Assembly: GCA_014360465.1 (NCBI GenBank)
Contig: JACIXQ010000008.1
Coordinates: 1 to 46,508 of the forward strand
Reading direction: 5' to 3'
DNA: 46,508 nt
Origin: a bacterium
Lineage (GTDB): Bacteria; Armatimonadota; JACIXR01
Made by a program: the position numbers and the translations under genes. Numbering within the stretch: the stretch's first letter is position 1; every line of letters starts with the position of its first letter. Below are positions 9,406 through 17,785 of this stretch, in pieces. The notes beneath the pieces are model-generated. The model was not told the DNA's origin, ran no database searches, and saw only the letters and a list, made by a program, of their open reading frames with translations.

Positions 9406-10181
9406 AAGTCGCCCATTTGGGAGAAGTAGTGGGGAGAAGCGGAAGGAAAGCACTGTTTAATTTCCTGAGCAATTTTGAAGAGCAGGATTTTTTACTCCTT
9501 AACGCGGAAAATGCCGCCGGTGGTTTCGGTTTGACTCCCCGCGTAGCTGAGGAATTTTTTTCTTGGGGGATAGACTGCCTCACTCTCGGTAATCACGCCT
9601 GGAGCAAAAAGGAAGGCGTGGAAATCATCGCTAATGATCCAAGAATCCTTCGCCCAGCGAACTATCCATCAGGAGTACCGGGGAGGGGAGCGAACATCTT
9701 TAACACGAAAAAAGGGGTCAAAATAGGGGTCATAAATCTTATGGGAAGGATTTTTATGGAGCCATTGGATTCGCCTTTTAGCGTAGGGGAAAGAATAGTT
9801 GAGGAGATGAGAAAGGAAACCCCTATAATCATAGTTGATTTCCATGCTGAGGCAACATCGGAGAAGGAAGCGCTCGCTAATTTCCTTGATGGAAAAGTCT
9901 CCGCTGTCATAGGCACCCATACGCATGTCCAGACAGCCGATGAGCGACTTCTCCCGGGAGGAACCGCCTTCATAACCGATATAGGGATGACTGGTCCGAT
10001 TAATTCAATAATAGGTGTCAAGAAAGAACAGGTCCTCCACAGGTTTCTTCATAGCACCCCAACGAAATTTGAAGTAGCGGAAGGACCTGCCGTTGTTTGC
10101 GTACTCTTTATGGAAATCGACGCTGAGAGCGGTAAAGCTGTTTCCCTAAAAAGAGTGAGGGTGTGCCCTTCAGATGAATAA
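9393..10181 (+). CDS. YmdB-family metallophosphoesterase (2',3'-cyclic-nucleotide phosphodiesterase-like)
   Basis: 262 aa. 'HLGEVVGRSGRKAL...LLNAENAAGGFG...GNHAW' matches the TIGR00282/YmdB pattern. It overlaps the dnaE stop. Confidence 0.6.
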   Translation: MASIKVAHLGEVVGRSGRKALFNFLSNFEEQDFLLLNAENAAGGFGLTPRVAEEFFSWGIDCLTLGNHAWSKKEGVEIIANDPRILRPANYPSGVPGRGANIFNTKKGVKIGVINLMGRIFMEPLDSPFSVGERIVEEMRKETPIIIVDFHAEATSEKEALANFLDGKVSAVIGTHTHVQTADERLLPGGTAFITDIGMTGPINSIIGVKKEQVLHRFLHSTPTKFEVAEGPAVVCVLFMEIDAESGKAVSLKRVRVCPSDE

Positions 10182-10794
10182 TTCAATCCCATTATATCAG
10201 ATCTTCCTCGCTTCTTTCACAGTTGCCTTCGTAGGAGCCGCTAGCCCCGGTCCACTTATGGTTGTGACCATTGCTAAATCATTAAAAGAAGGTATCAAAA
10301 CGCCATTCATAGTTGTGGGAGCACACGCGCTCCTTGAACTTCTAATGCTGTCCATTTTGCTTGTGGCCGCAAATGCAATAAAGGATAATCATTTACTTGT
10401 TTCTTTGATAGGCGTTGTTGGAGGTTTATGTCTTGCCTATTTGGGCTATGGGATGTGGAGAAGCGAAAGCTCGGTGGATGCTGATAATGAGAAACGAGGA
10501 CATTCTTTCGTTCTTGGAGCTGTAGCCACTATGTCAAATCCCTACTGGTTCCTCTGGTGGGCAACAATAGGTTTCACTTTCCTTTTAATGGGATGGCAGA
10601 GAGGGATTCTCGGCGTGCTGGTATTCTATATAGGGCATGAACTTGCAGACCTTGTATGGTATCTACTTGTTGGTGCTCTGACAGTGAGTGGAAAGAAGAA
10701 GTTGGAGAGATACAGTTCTCTAATAACACAAATTGGTGGCATCTTGCTGATTTTCCTCGGTGCCTATTTCTTCGCAAAGGGGCTATTCGGCTGA
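10174..10794 (+). CDS. LysE/RhtB-family amino-acid exporter
   Basis: 206 aa, six predicted TM segments. 'AASPGPLMV' is the LysE-family SPGP signature. Confidence 0.6.
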   Translation: MNNSIPLYQIFLASFTVAFVGAASPGPLMVVTIAKSLKEGIKTPFIVVGAHALLELLMLSILLVAANAIKDNHLLVSLIGVVGGLCLAYLGYGMWRSESSVDADNEKRGHSFVLGAVATMSNPYWFLWWATIGFTFLLMGWQRGILGVLVFYIGHELADLVWYLLVGALTVSGKKKLERYSSLITQIGGILLIFLGAYFFAKGLFG

Positions 10795-10804
10795 TTTATA
10801 AACT

Positions 10805-11125
10805 TCAAATCCGCAAAAAACGAGGATTTAATCTCCATCTTCTTGTTTTGGGTGCTGACCAAGTATCCTTATCAGCATCCTTCCATCCCACTCCTAAAAG
10901 CCATCCCTTCTTCGCAAGATTGCTAATTTGTTTACCTAAATACACATAGGGAGTATATCTTTTCCCACTTCCCCTTCCTCCTTCACACCCATAGCGCTCC
11001 ACCAGCTCCGAAAAATCGTCGCCGTAGCGGGCTCTGAATTCCATAATTATGTCATAGCTTGTTGCTTCTCCCCCCAAATCCCTGATGACATCCAGTATCT
11101 TTGCATACACATCCTCAACTAACAT
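10805..11125 (-). CDS. hypothetical 106-aa protein, last gene of the BMC operon
   Basis: Directly abuts the PduT-like gene (no gap) on the same strand. The basic C-terminus is 'KTRRWRLNPRFLRI'. No recognisable family. Confidence 0.4.
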   Translation of the reverse strand: MLVEDVYAKILDVIRDLGGEATSYDIIMEFRARYGDDFSELVERYGCEGGRGSGKRYTPYVYLGKQISNLAKKGWLLGVGWKDADKDTWSAPKTRRWRLNPRFLRI

Positions 11126-11677
11126 TCACCTCAAAACCCCCCATATATCTGGATGGGGAGAAGCAATTACAGAGGTGCCCACCAAAATGCCCTCTTTGGC
11201 TGCCTGTGCTGCTCCCGCTTCAACCGCTGATGTCACAGCGGAGACCTTGCCTGTCAGGGTGACGAAAGATTTTCCTCCTAAACCCCTCGCTACTCTTATC
11301 TCTATCAGCTGGACATTCGCCGATTTGGCAGCAGCATCCGCAGCCAGGATAGCCGAGGATATAGACCAGGTCTCTATTATCCCTATAGCTTCCCCTATCT
11401 CAAATTCCGTCGTGGCATTGAGGGCAGGGAAGACAGAAGGATGAAGGTTAGCAATTATCATTTTATCAATAACATTATCCTCACCAAAGGCTAAAGCTGA
11501 ATTCAAGGATGTCTCAACTTCTGCCACATCTCCACCGATTACTACGGTGAACTTGCCAGGGCAAAGTGGCGTAGCCACATAAAGGTTGACCTTTGCCGAT
11601 TTTAACATCAAATCCAGCGCCTCAACTCCCCTCGCTATGGAAACGAATTCAATAACTCCTAATGCATTCTGTGTCAT
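11126..11677 (-). CDS. pduT: tandem-BMC-domain shell protein, PduT-like (putative 4Fe-4S pore)
   Basis: 183 aa with two BMC repeats. 'ALGVIEFVSIARGVEALDLMLKSAKVNLYVATPLCPGKFTVVIGGDV' is closely similar to the Salmonella PduT N-terminus, including the cluster-ligating Cys in C-P-G-K-F. Confidence 0.8.
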   Translation of the reverse strand: MTQNALGVIEFVSIARGVEALDLMLKSAKVNLYVATPLCPGKFTVVIGGDVAEVETSLNSALAFGEDNVIDKMIIANLHPSVFPALNATTEFEIGEAIGIIETWSISSAILAADAAAKSANVQLIEIRVARGLGGKSFVTLTGKVSAVTSAVEAGAAQAAKEGILVGTSVIASPHPDIWGVLR

Positions 11678-12699
11678 CTCTCTCCTCCTTCCTGCATAAC
11701 AACAGGTATTGGCTCACCACAATTTGGACAGCGTCCATTCTTTATTTTAATTGAAAGAACCCTGAAAACATAGCGACTGATGAGACACATCCCACAGGAG
11801 GGACAGTATGTGTTCTCATAGCGATGCCCCGGTATATTCCCAATATAAACATATTTTACCCCTTTTCTTTTGGCTTCCCTGTAAGCCCACTCCATCTTTT
11901 CTATATCCGTAGGAGGGGCATGGAAATGATAGGCGGGGAAATAACGAGTAAAATGCAAAGGAACGGATTCTCCAGCGTATTTCAAATGTTGCTCAATCAC
12001 CCAATTGACAGCCTCTTCACTATCATTCACCGAGCTAACCATAAGGGAGACAATTTCAAGATGCATACCGAGTTCACGGGCTATCTTAGCATTTCGCCAG
12101 GGTATGTATGCATCCGCTTTGAGGAATTTCTCGTAACTCTCTGGGACACCCTTGATATCTATTTTTATCGCATCCAACCCCGCTTCTCTCAAACCTTCCA
12201 GAGCTTCAACCGTCATATATCCATTGGACACGATACAGGTATAAAGCATTTCTTTCTTTGCAAGCGGGAAGAGCTCAAAACAGTATTCGTAAAGAAGAGT
12301 TGGCTCGTTGAAGGAAACACAAATGCCCTGGTCCTTGCCTACAGCCATATTTATAACCTCTTGGGGTGAGATGAACCTCGTCTCCTCCACAACCTCTTTT
12401 GAAAGATGCCAGTTCTGACACCAGGGGCAGGGAAAGTTACAAGAATATGTTGAGATAGTTAGAGAAGATGTACCAGGATAAAAATGATAAAAGGGCTTAA
12501 TCTCTATAGGACGCGATTCTATAGCGCTTAGATTTCCATAAGAAAGAGTGAATAGCTCGCCATCTTTATTCACCCTCATCCGGCAGAACCCTCTTTTCCC
12601 CTCCTCTATGAGACAATGCCTTTCACATAGATGGCACTTGATGTTATTCCCCTCCACTCTCTCCCAGAGCAAAGCTCTTTTCATAGCAACTATTATCAT
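11674..12699 (-). CDS. radical SAM enzyme, AmmeMemoRadiSam (AmrS)/PflX-like family
   Basis: 341 aa. N-terminal 'CHLCERHCLIEEGKRGFC' followed by 'IEIKPFYHF...CNFPCPWCQNW' (CxxxCxxC), as in TIGR04337-type enzymes. The C-terminal cluster is 'CPSCGMC...CPNCG'. It overlaps both neighbours by 4 nt. Confidence 0.65.
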   Translation of the reverse strand: MIIVAMKRALLWERVEGNNIKCHLCERHCLIEEGKRGFCRMRVNKDGELFTLSYGNLSAIESRPIEIKPFYHFYPGTSSLTISTYSCNFPCPWCQNWHLSKEVVEETRFISPQEVINMAVGKDQGICVSFNEPTLLYEYCFELFPLAKKEMLYTCIVSNGYMTVEALEGLREAGLDAIKIDIKGVPESYEKFLKADAYIPWRNAKIARELGMHLEIVSLMVSSVNDSEEAVNWVIEQHLKYAGESVPLHFTRYFPAYHFHAPPTDIEKMEWAYREAKRKGVKYVYIGNIPGHRYENTYCPSCGMCLISRYVFRVLSIKIKNGRCPNCGEPIPVVMQEGGER

Positions 12700-14003
12700 T
12701 CTTTTCTAATCCTTATTTCCTGCGAAGTTATAGTGCTGATTACCCCATCTATAGAAGCGTGGATTCTCGCCCCAAGGGCTCCCTCCGGTATCTCTGCTAT
12801 CAAATCCCCTCTTTTCACCTTGTCCCCCACTTTCACAACGGGCTTTGCTGGCGCTCCAGCATGCTGTTTCAAAGGAAGTATCACCTCTTCCGGCTGATAA
12901 TCTACATCGCTTAGAGGTGCTGGAACATCGTAGATAGTGAGTCCGAGGCGAGATATCAGCCTGCTCGTGGGAACCCTTTTGGCGGAAAAGAGGGCTCTGG
13001 TTGAAGAAGGCTTATTTCTGTGAGGGTTGGGAATCTTATGTTCGCTAAGCTTCTGTTTTAGTGCCTGGATTATTCTCCTGGGGGAAAGTCCCATTGGGCA
13101 AGAATAATTCTCGCACAACCCACAATCGCAACAAAGGTAAGCCTCCGTCAATTTATCCTCCTCAGCGAGCCTCCAGGAAAGTACTTTCATTAAAAGGTGG
13201 GGCTCCATAGAATGTCCGAGGAGATAGCGGGGACACAATTCAGTGCATTCCCTGCAGTTACAGCAGGTTGATACTGCCCTACGGAGAACAGCGCTTAAAT
13301 CAGGCGAAAACTTCCCCCACAAAGGATGAGTTTTGGGGAAAACGAGGATACCTTTGGTAGTTTTCTGGATTGGGTAATCAAGCGAGGGGATCAACTTGCC
13401 CGTGTTCGGTCCACCTTCTACGATGAAGAACTCCTCAACGGTTGGACCTCCAGCGAGCTTCAGGGCATCCCTCACAGGAGTCCCAACTGGAAGCTTGAAG
13501 GTGCTTGGCTTCTGAACAGCTCCGCCCACTGTGACATATTTATCAACCACTGGTTGACCATCCATAGCTTTCCCAATGTTTATAACCGTCTCAACATTCA
13601 GGACGACGCAACCAACATCTAAAGGAATTCCACCTTCCGGCACGATTCTCTTGGTTACATCGTAGACAAGTATCTGCTCATCTCCTGCAGGGTAAAAATC
13701 TCCCAATATGAAAATCTCGTGCGGACCGCCGCCCTTCAACGCTTCAACAGCCTGTTTGTATTTTGCCTTCAGCGCAACGATGCCCTTCTTCGCCCTCACA
13801 GCTTCCATCGCCGCCTGCAACCCCCTGAGAAATATGGACTTCTCCCTGGGCAGGATTTGTTGGTCAACCCTCAGGAGCGGCTCGCATTCAGCTCCGTTAA
13901 CTATAAGGAACTCTGCTTGGGATGATAACTTTATATGGGTAGGGAAACCCGCTCCACCAGCTCCAACGATACCAGCTTCCCTTGCAACATCGGATAGCGC
14001 CAT
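12696..14003 (-). CDS. pduS: PduS-like RnfC-family flavin/Fe-S oxidoreductase
   Basis: 435 aa. 'GIVGAGGAGFPTHIKL' is the RnfC/PduS NADH-binding motif. It has two ferredoxin-type clusters, 'CCNCRECTELCP' and 'CCDCGLCENYSCP'. The stop overlaps the AldDH start. Confidence 0.75.
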   Translation of the reverse strand: MALSDVAREAGIVGAGGAGFPTHIKLSSQAEFLIVNGAECEPLLRVDQQILPREKSIFLRGLQAAMEAVRAKKGIVALKAKYKQAVEALKGGGPHEIFILGDFYPAGDEQILVYDVTKRIVPEGGIPLDVGCVVLNVETVINIGKAMDGQPVVDKYVTVGGAVQKPSTFKLPVGTPVRDALKLAGGPTVEEFFIVEGGPNTGKLIPSLDYPIQKTTKGILVFPKTHPLWGKFSPDLSAVLRRAVSTCCNCRECTELCPRYLLGHSMEPHLLMKVLSWRLAEEDKLTEAYLCCDCGLCENYSCPMGLSPRRIIQALKQKLSEHKIPNPHRNKPSSTRALFSAKRVPTSRLISRLGLTIYDVPAPLSDVDYQPEEVILPLKQHAGAPAKPVVKVGDKVKRGDLIAEIPEGALGARIHASIDGVISTITSQEIRIRKE

Positions 14004-15421
14004 CAGAGAATGCCACCGGTTAAAATAAACCTTCTCCTTCTACAGAAATCCCTTGGACGAGTTGGTCCCTCTCCTGTGGAGGCAACCGTCATAGCGAGGT
14101 AGCCTTCACCATCCGTGCCAACCGCTGCTGTGGAAGGTCCGTTGATTATGCAATAATTTGTATGCATCTCCTGGCGGAAACGAAGGATATTGGGTAAACT
14201 GCGAGAATGAAGTATAGATGTATGCTTGAAACCTTGTTCCGCTTTCTGAACAAGTCTCAACCCTTCCTCAAAGTTTCTTACCCGAACAAATGGGAGAACA
14301 GGAAGGAGTTGTTCCTCCATAACAAGTGGATGGTCTGTATCGCTTAGTTCTATAACGATTATCTTGGGTTCCTCTTGCGTTATAATTCCCGCCCGACGGA
14401 GGATTTCACCCGCGTCCAATCCCACCACTTCCCTCTTAATTTTGCCATCAGCAATTATCAGATTGATAATTCTCTCGGCTTCATCTCCTCTTGCTTCATA
14501 GGCTCCTTGCCTTTTCAGCTCGCGCATCAGGTTATCGGCTATGGAATCCACAGCGATGATAACCTTCTCGCCTATACAAAGGATATCATTATCGAAAGAT
14601 GCCCCCTTAATTATATCTGCCGCTGCCTTGGCTATATCAGCGGTCTCATCCACCAAAACCGGTGGATTGCCAGGACCCCCAACGATTGCCTTCTTCCCAC
14701 TTTGAAGAGCTGCTTGACAAACTCCCGGACCTCCTGCCGCCGTTACCATATCGACTTTCGGATGCTTCATCAACTCCTGAACAACTTCAATGGAGCTTTC
14801 GGCAACCGCTGTAACGAGGTTTGGAGGTCCACCCGCTTCCACAATCGCACGATTGATCACCCTTATTGCTTCCTTCGTGCACTCCTTCGCCTGGGGGTGT
14901 GGAGAGATAACAACGGCGTTACCGCCAGCTATCATCAAAATAGCGTGGCTGATAACGAAAGAAGTAGGATTGGTCATAGGGGTTATGGAGAGGATGACAC
15001 CAAAGGGCACATACTCTTGGATAGTAGTACCTTTTGGACCAACGATTATCTCCGGCTCCAGGTCTTCCATTCCAGGGGTTAGGAGGGCAGCTGCCTCGTT
15101 TTTCGCCACCTTGTGTTCCACTTTCCCCATCTTGGTTTCCTCCCTAGCCATCTCGGCAAGGCGACGGGCGTTCTTCAGGGCAGCTTGACGGATAGCTTCT
15201 ATAATCTGCCGCCTCTTATCCAGACCAAGGGCAAGGAGTTTTTTCTGCGCCTCAGCCGCCGCCTCAACAGCCTCATTTGGTGTCTGGAATATTCCATCAT
15301 CCCCTACCCTTGAAACCGGCTGGGCGCTCCTCTGGGAAATAGATGCTTGCCCTTCAAATAGCTCCTTTATAACTCTCTGAACCACTTCCCTTATTCTTTG
15401 CTCATCCAAAGCCATAGGCAA
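14003..15421 (-). CDS. CoA-acylating aldehyde dehydrogenase (PduP/EutE family) with N-terminal encapsulation peptide
   Basis: 472 aa. The amphipathic N-terminal helix is 'EQRIREVVQRVIKELF'. It has an ALDH fold with catalytic Cys in 'DNDILCIGEKV', the BMC-type AldDH family. Confidence 0.8.
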   Translation of the reverse strand: MPMALDEQRIREVVQRVIKELFEGQASISQRSAQPVSRVGDDGIFQTPNEAVEAAAEAQKKLLALGLDKRRQIIEAIRQAALKNARRLAEMAREETKMGKVEHKVAKNEAAALLTPGMEDLEPEIIVGPKGTTIQEYVPFGVILSITPMTNPTSFVISHAILMIAGGNAVVISPHPQAKECTKEAIRVINRAIVEAGGPPNLVTAVAESSIEVVQELMKHPKVDMVTAAGGPGVCQAALQSGKKAIVGGPGNPPVLVDETADIAKAAADIIKGASFDNDILCIGEKVIIAVDSIADNLMRELKRQGAYEARGDEAERIINLIIADGKIKREVVGLDAGEILRRAGIITQEEPKIIVIELSDTDHPLVMEEQLLPVLPFVRVRNFEEGLRLVQKAEQGFKHTSILHSRSLPNILRFRQEMHTNYCIINGPSTAAVGTDGEGYLAMTVASTGEGPTRPRDFCRRRRFILTGGIL

Positions 15422-15432
15422 CTACCTCCTTC

Positions 15433-15702
15433 TTATTTGCCAATATCAATGGAATCTATGATGCCCACTATAGAGGCATCAACTGGCGCCTCCGGGTTAT
15501 CAACCGCCAATCTTGCAGGAGACCCAAGAGCCACAACGACCATCTCACCGATACCAGCTCCAACAGTATCAACAGCAACAAACGGGTCGCCTCTTTGCTT
15601 ACCCTCTGGGGTAAGGGGCTGAACTACAAGGAGTTTGAAACCCTTAAGGTCCTCTTCCTTGCGAGTTGAGACGACCATACCTATTACCTTCGCTATTATC
15701 AA
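15433..15702 (-). CDS. BMC vertex pentamer (BMC-P; EutN/PduN/CcmL family)
   Basis: 89 aa. 'MIIAKVIGMVVSTRKEEDLKGFKLLVVQP...DTVGAGIGEMVVVALGS' is the typical EutN/CcmL fold sequence. Confidence 0.8.
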   Translation of the reverse strand: MIIAKVIGMVVSTRKEEDLKGFKLLVVQPLTPEGKQRGDPFVAVDTVGAGIGEMVVVALGSPARLAVDNPEAPVDASIVGIIDSIDIGK

Positions 15703-16322
15703 TTTCCTTCCTCCTCCTTTATTTGGATTCCTAATCTCTCCGCCAACTCACGTGCCATATCCGTCACGATCGAGCCCTGAGGAATTACCAAAACCTGTAA
15801 TCCCTTCTCTTTGCTCTCCCAGATGTCCTCCTGAGTTATTATCGTGCGTGGAGAAGGAGAGAGTGAGGACGCCGGTTTAGAAGCTTGGGGGGTTCTTATA
15901 CCGAGAGAGAGAATCTTCTCCCAGTGGCTTCTCAGGAGCTCTGCCAGCGCTTGAGGGCATTGGGGAGGAATGGTCAAAGGCTCAACTATTGGGGTTTTAC
16001 CCTGTAGAAGAAGATTCAGAACTGCCTCAAGCGGAGGGGTATCAAATAGTCCAAGGGATATTTTAGCCACATCCGCCCACTTGACATTCACCAGCCAGAT
16101 TTCCTCAAAAGCATCTATCGCCTGGTTTTTACTCCAAATTAAAGGGGATTTTCCCTCCCTTCTCAGCTTATCGAGGAAATCTTGGGGTGGTGAATTGTGG
16201 AGGGATATGACCAGGACCAGCTTTCCCTGGGAAGAAGGGACAGGAGGCGGGACCGCCTCCTGGTTCGTTAAGAGGCGACGAACCTCCGCCTCCACAAGTT
16301 GAACAAGGCGGTCTATATCCAC
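15699..16322 (-). CDS. hypothetical BMC-associated protein with N-terminal encapsulation-peptide-like helix
   Basis: 207 aa. N-terminal 'IDRLVQLVEAEVRRLL' amphipathic helix, then a Pro-rich linker 'PPPVPSSQG'. Its C-terminus, 'VLVIPQGSIVTDMARELAERLGIQI', matches no family that I can assign. It is not PduL (no HxH repeats). Confidence 0.45.
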   Translation of the reverse strand: MDIDRLVQLVEAEVRRLLTNQEAVPPPVPSSQGKLVLVISLHNSPPQDFLDKLRREGKSPLIWSKNQAIDAFEEIWLVNVKWADVAKISLGLFDTPPLEAVLNLLLQGKTPIVEPLTIPPQCPQALAELLRSHWEKILSLGIRTPQASKPASSLSPSPRTIITQEDIWESKEKGLQVLVIPQGSIVTDMARELAERLGIQIKEEEGN

Positions 16323-16363
16323 CCTGGCTTCCTTCCCTTAGTTTTTGATAAGGGAATCTCCTT

Positions 16364-16663
16364 TTATAGCTTGAACTTCTCCAACAGCTTCTCCAGGCTC
16401 TCGTGCGGTCGGGCAATGATGTGGACGGAAATGACCTCTCCTACTTTCTTGGCATTTGCAGCTCCGGCATCAACAGCAGCTCTGACAGCACCTACATCTC
16501 CTCTCACCATAACGGTCACATAAGCTGAACCAACCTTCTCATAGCCCACGAGGACAACATTAGCTGCCTTGACCATTGCATCGGCAGCCTCAATCGCACC
16601 TACAAGTCCTCGGGTTTCAATCATTCCTAATGCTTCCATTCTCACAGCGGGGGCTTCAGCCAC
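16364..16663 (-). CDS. BMC-H hexamer shell protein (PduA/J-like)
   Basis: 99 aa. '[32 protein letters not shown]' is the canonical BMC domain. Confidence 0.85.
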   Translation of the reverse strand: MAEAPAVRMEALGMIETRGLVGAIEAADAMVKAANVVLVGYEKVGSAYVTVMVRGDVGAVRAAVDAGAANAKKVGEVISVHIIARPHESLEKLLEKFKL

Positions 16664-16708
16664 CCGAAATCACCTCCTTAAGGATTTTTGAATTGTTTTT
16701 GTATTTTC

Positions 16709-17026
16709 TCATTCTATTTCAAGAAATTTCTGCCTTTCAGAGCCTACGGTTTCCCTACTTTCTATTAGGAAAACGAGGCTCTCCACCGGGCGAGGTATAA
16801 TATGAAATGACACAACTTCACCTACCTTTTTCGCCTCAGCCACTCCAGCTTCCACCGCGGCCTGAACCGCCGCCACATCTCCAGCAAGTTTAATCACGAG
16901 CATCCCACCACCACCTTTCGCGAGCTCATATCCAATTAATCGGACAGAAGCAGCTTTACAAGCCGCATCAGCCGCAGTCAATCCAGCGGTCAAACCCTTA
17001 ACCTCTATCAGACCTATTGACTCCAT
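16709..17026 (-). CDS. BMC-H hexamer shell protein with short C-terminal extension
   Basis: 105 aa. 'IGLIEVKGLTAGLTAADAACKAASVRLIGYE' is a BMC domain. It overlaps the aldolase 3' end by 29 nt. Confidence 0.8.
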   Translation of the reverse strand: MESIGLIEVKGLTAGLTAADAACKAASVRLIGYELAKGGGGMLVIKLAGDVAAVQAAVEAGVAEAKKVGEVVSFHIIPRPVESLVFLIESRETVGSERQKFLEIE

Positions 17027-17768
17027 CCTTGTTCAATTCCTCCAGAACTTTCCTTGTTATCCTATCAACCAGTTTCTGCATATCTATATTTCCCAGAGCA
17101 CAGAGACCACAATCCTCGCAGATAGGATTTGAAGAGACCCTATTGCGGGATTGCAAAAGTTTTAACACCTCTTCAGTAGTAAGAACCCTCTCCCTTCCCA
17201 AGAGGCGAGCAAGTAGCGATATCTTTGCATAATGCTCCAGCGTCTCCATCCGGTAATAAGCCTGAATGGGGCTATCACCAACCGTAAAGGCACCGTGGTT
17301 TTCAAGAAGAACCGCGTTTCTGTTTTTTATATATGGTCTTATTGCCTCAACAAGCTCGGGAGTGCCCGGCGTTCCATAGGGAGAAAGAGGAACTCCGTCA
17401 AGATGAAGAATTGCTTCGGGAAGGATTGGATGTTCAAGGGAAATTCCTGCCACAGCGAAGGCAGTTGCGAAAGGAGGGTGGGCGTGAAGAACAGCTTTCA
17501 CATCGGGACGCTCCTTGTAAATCATCAGATGGACAAATATCTCCGATGATGGCTTCAGATAACCCTCGGTGGCGTTTCCGTCCATATCCACTTTCACTAT
17601 CATATCAGGAGTCATAAACCCCTTTGAGACACCGGTGGGGGTTGTGAGGACAAAATTATCGTCCAACCGGCAAGTGATGTTTCCATCGTTGGCTGCGACG
17701 AAACCCTTCTGCCAGAGCCGTCTGCCAACTTCTATTATTTCTTGTCTTAAAGCGCTTTCCTTTTCCAT
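16998..17768 (-). CDS. class II aldolase (L-fuculose/rhamnulose-1-phosphate aldolase family) with C-terminal Cys motif and encapsulation peptide
   Basis: 256 aa. It has an Aldolase_II fold ('GFVAANDGNITCRL', 'HAHPPFATAFA'). The C-terminal tail 'PICEDCGLCALGNIDMQKLVDRITRKVLEELNK' carries a CxxCxxC triad followed by an amphipathic helix. Confidence 0.8.
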   Translation of the reverse strand: MEKESALRQEIIEVGRRLWQKGFVAANDGNITCRLDDNFVLTTPTGVSKGFMTPDMIVKVDMDGNATEGYLKPSSEIFVHLMIYKERPDVKAVLHAHPPFATAFAVAGISLEHPILPEAILHLDGVPLSPYGTPGTPELVEAIRPYIKNRNAVLLENHGAFTVGDSPIQAYYRMETLEHYAKISLLARLLGRERVLTTEEVLKLLQSRNRVSSNPICEDCGLCALGNIDMQKLVDRITRKVLEELNKDGVNRSDRG

Positions 17769-17785
17769 TGGTTATTTTCGCTATT

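Noticed and set aside
11674-12699. Considered calling the radical SAM protein a glycyl-radical-enzyme activase (PflA/CutD-like), as in GRM-type BMC loci.
   Set aside because: The CxxxCxxC motif is at residues 87-94, not about 30. The N-terminal Cys box and 'KPFYHF' block match the PflX/AmrS clade. No GRE (RVSGY motif) exists anywhere in the window.
15699-16322. Considered whether the 207-aa EP protein is the missing PduL phosphotransacylase.
   Set aside because: It has no duplicated PF06130-type halves or conserved His-x-His metal motifs.
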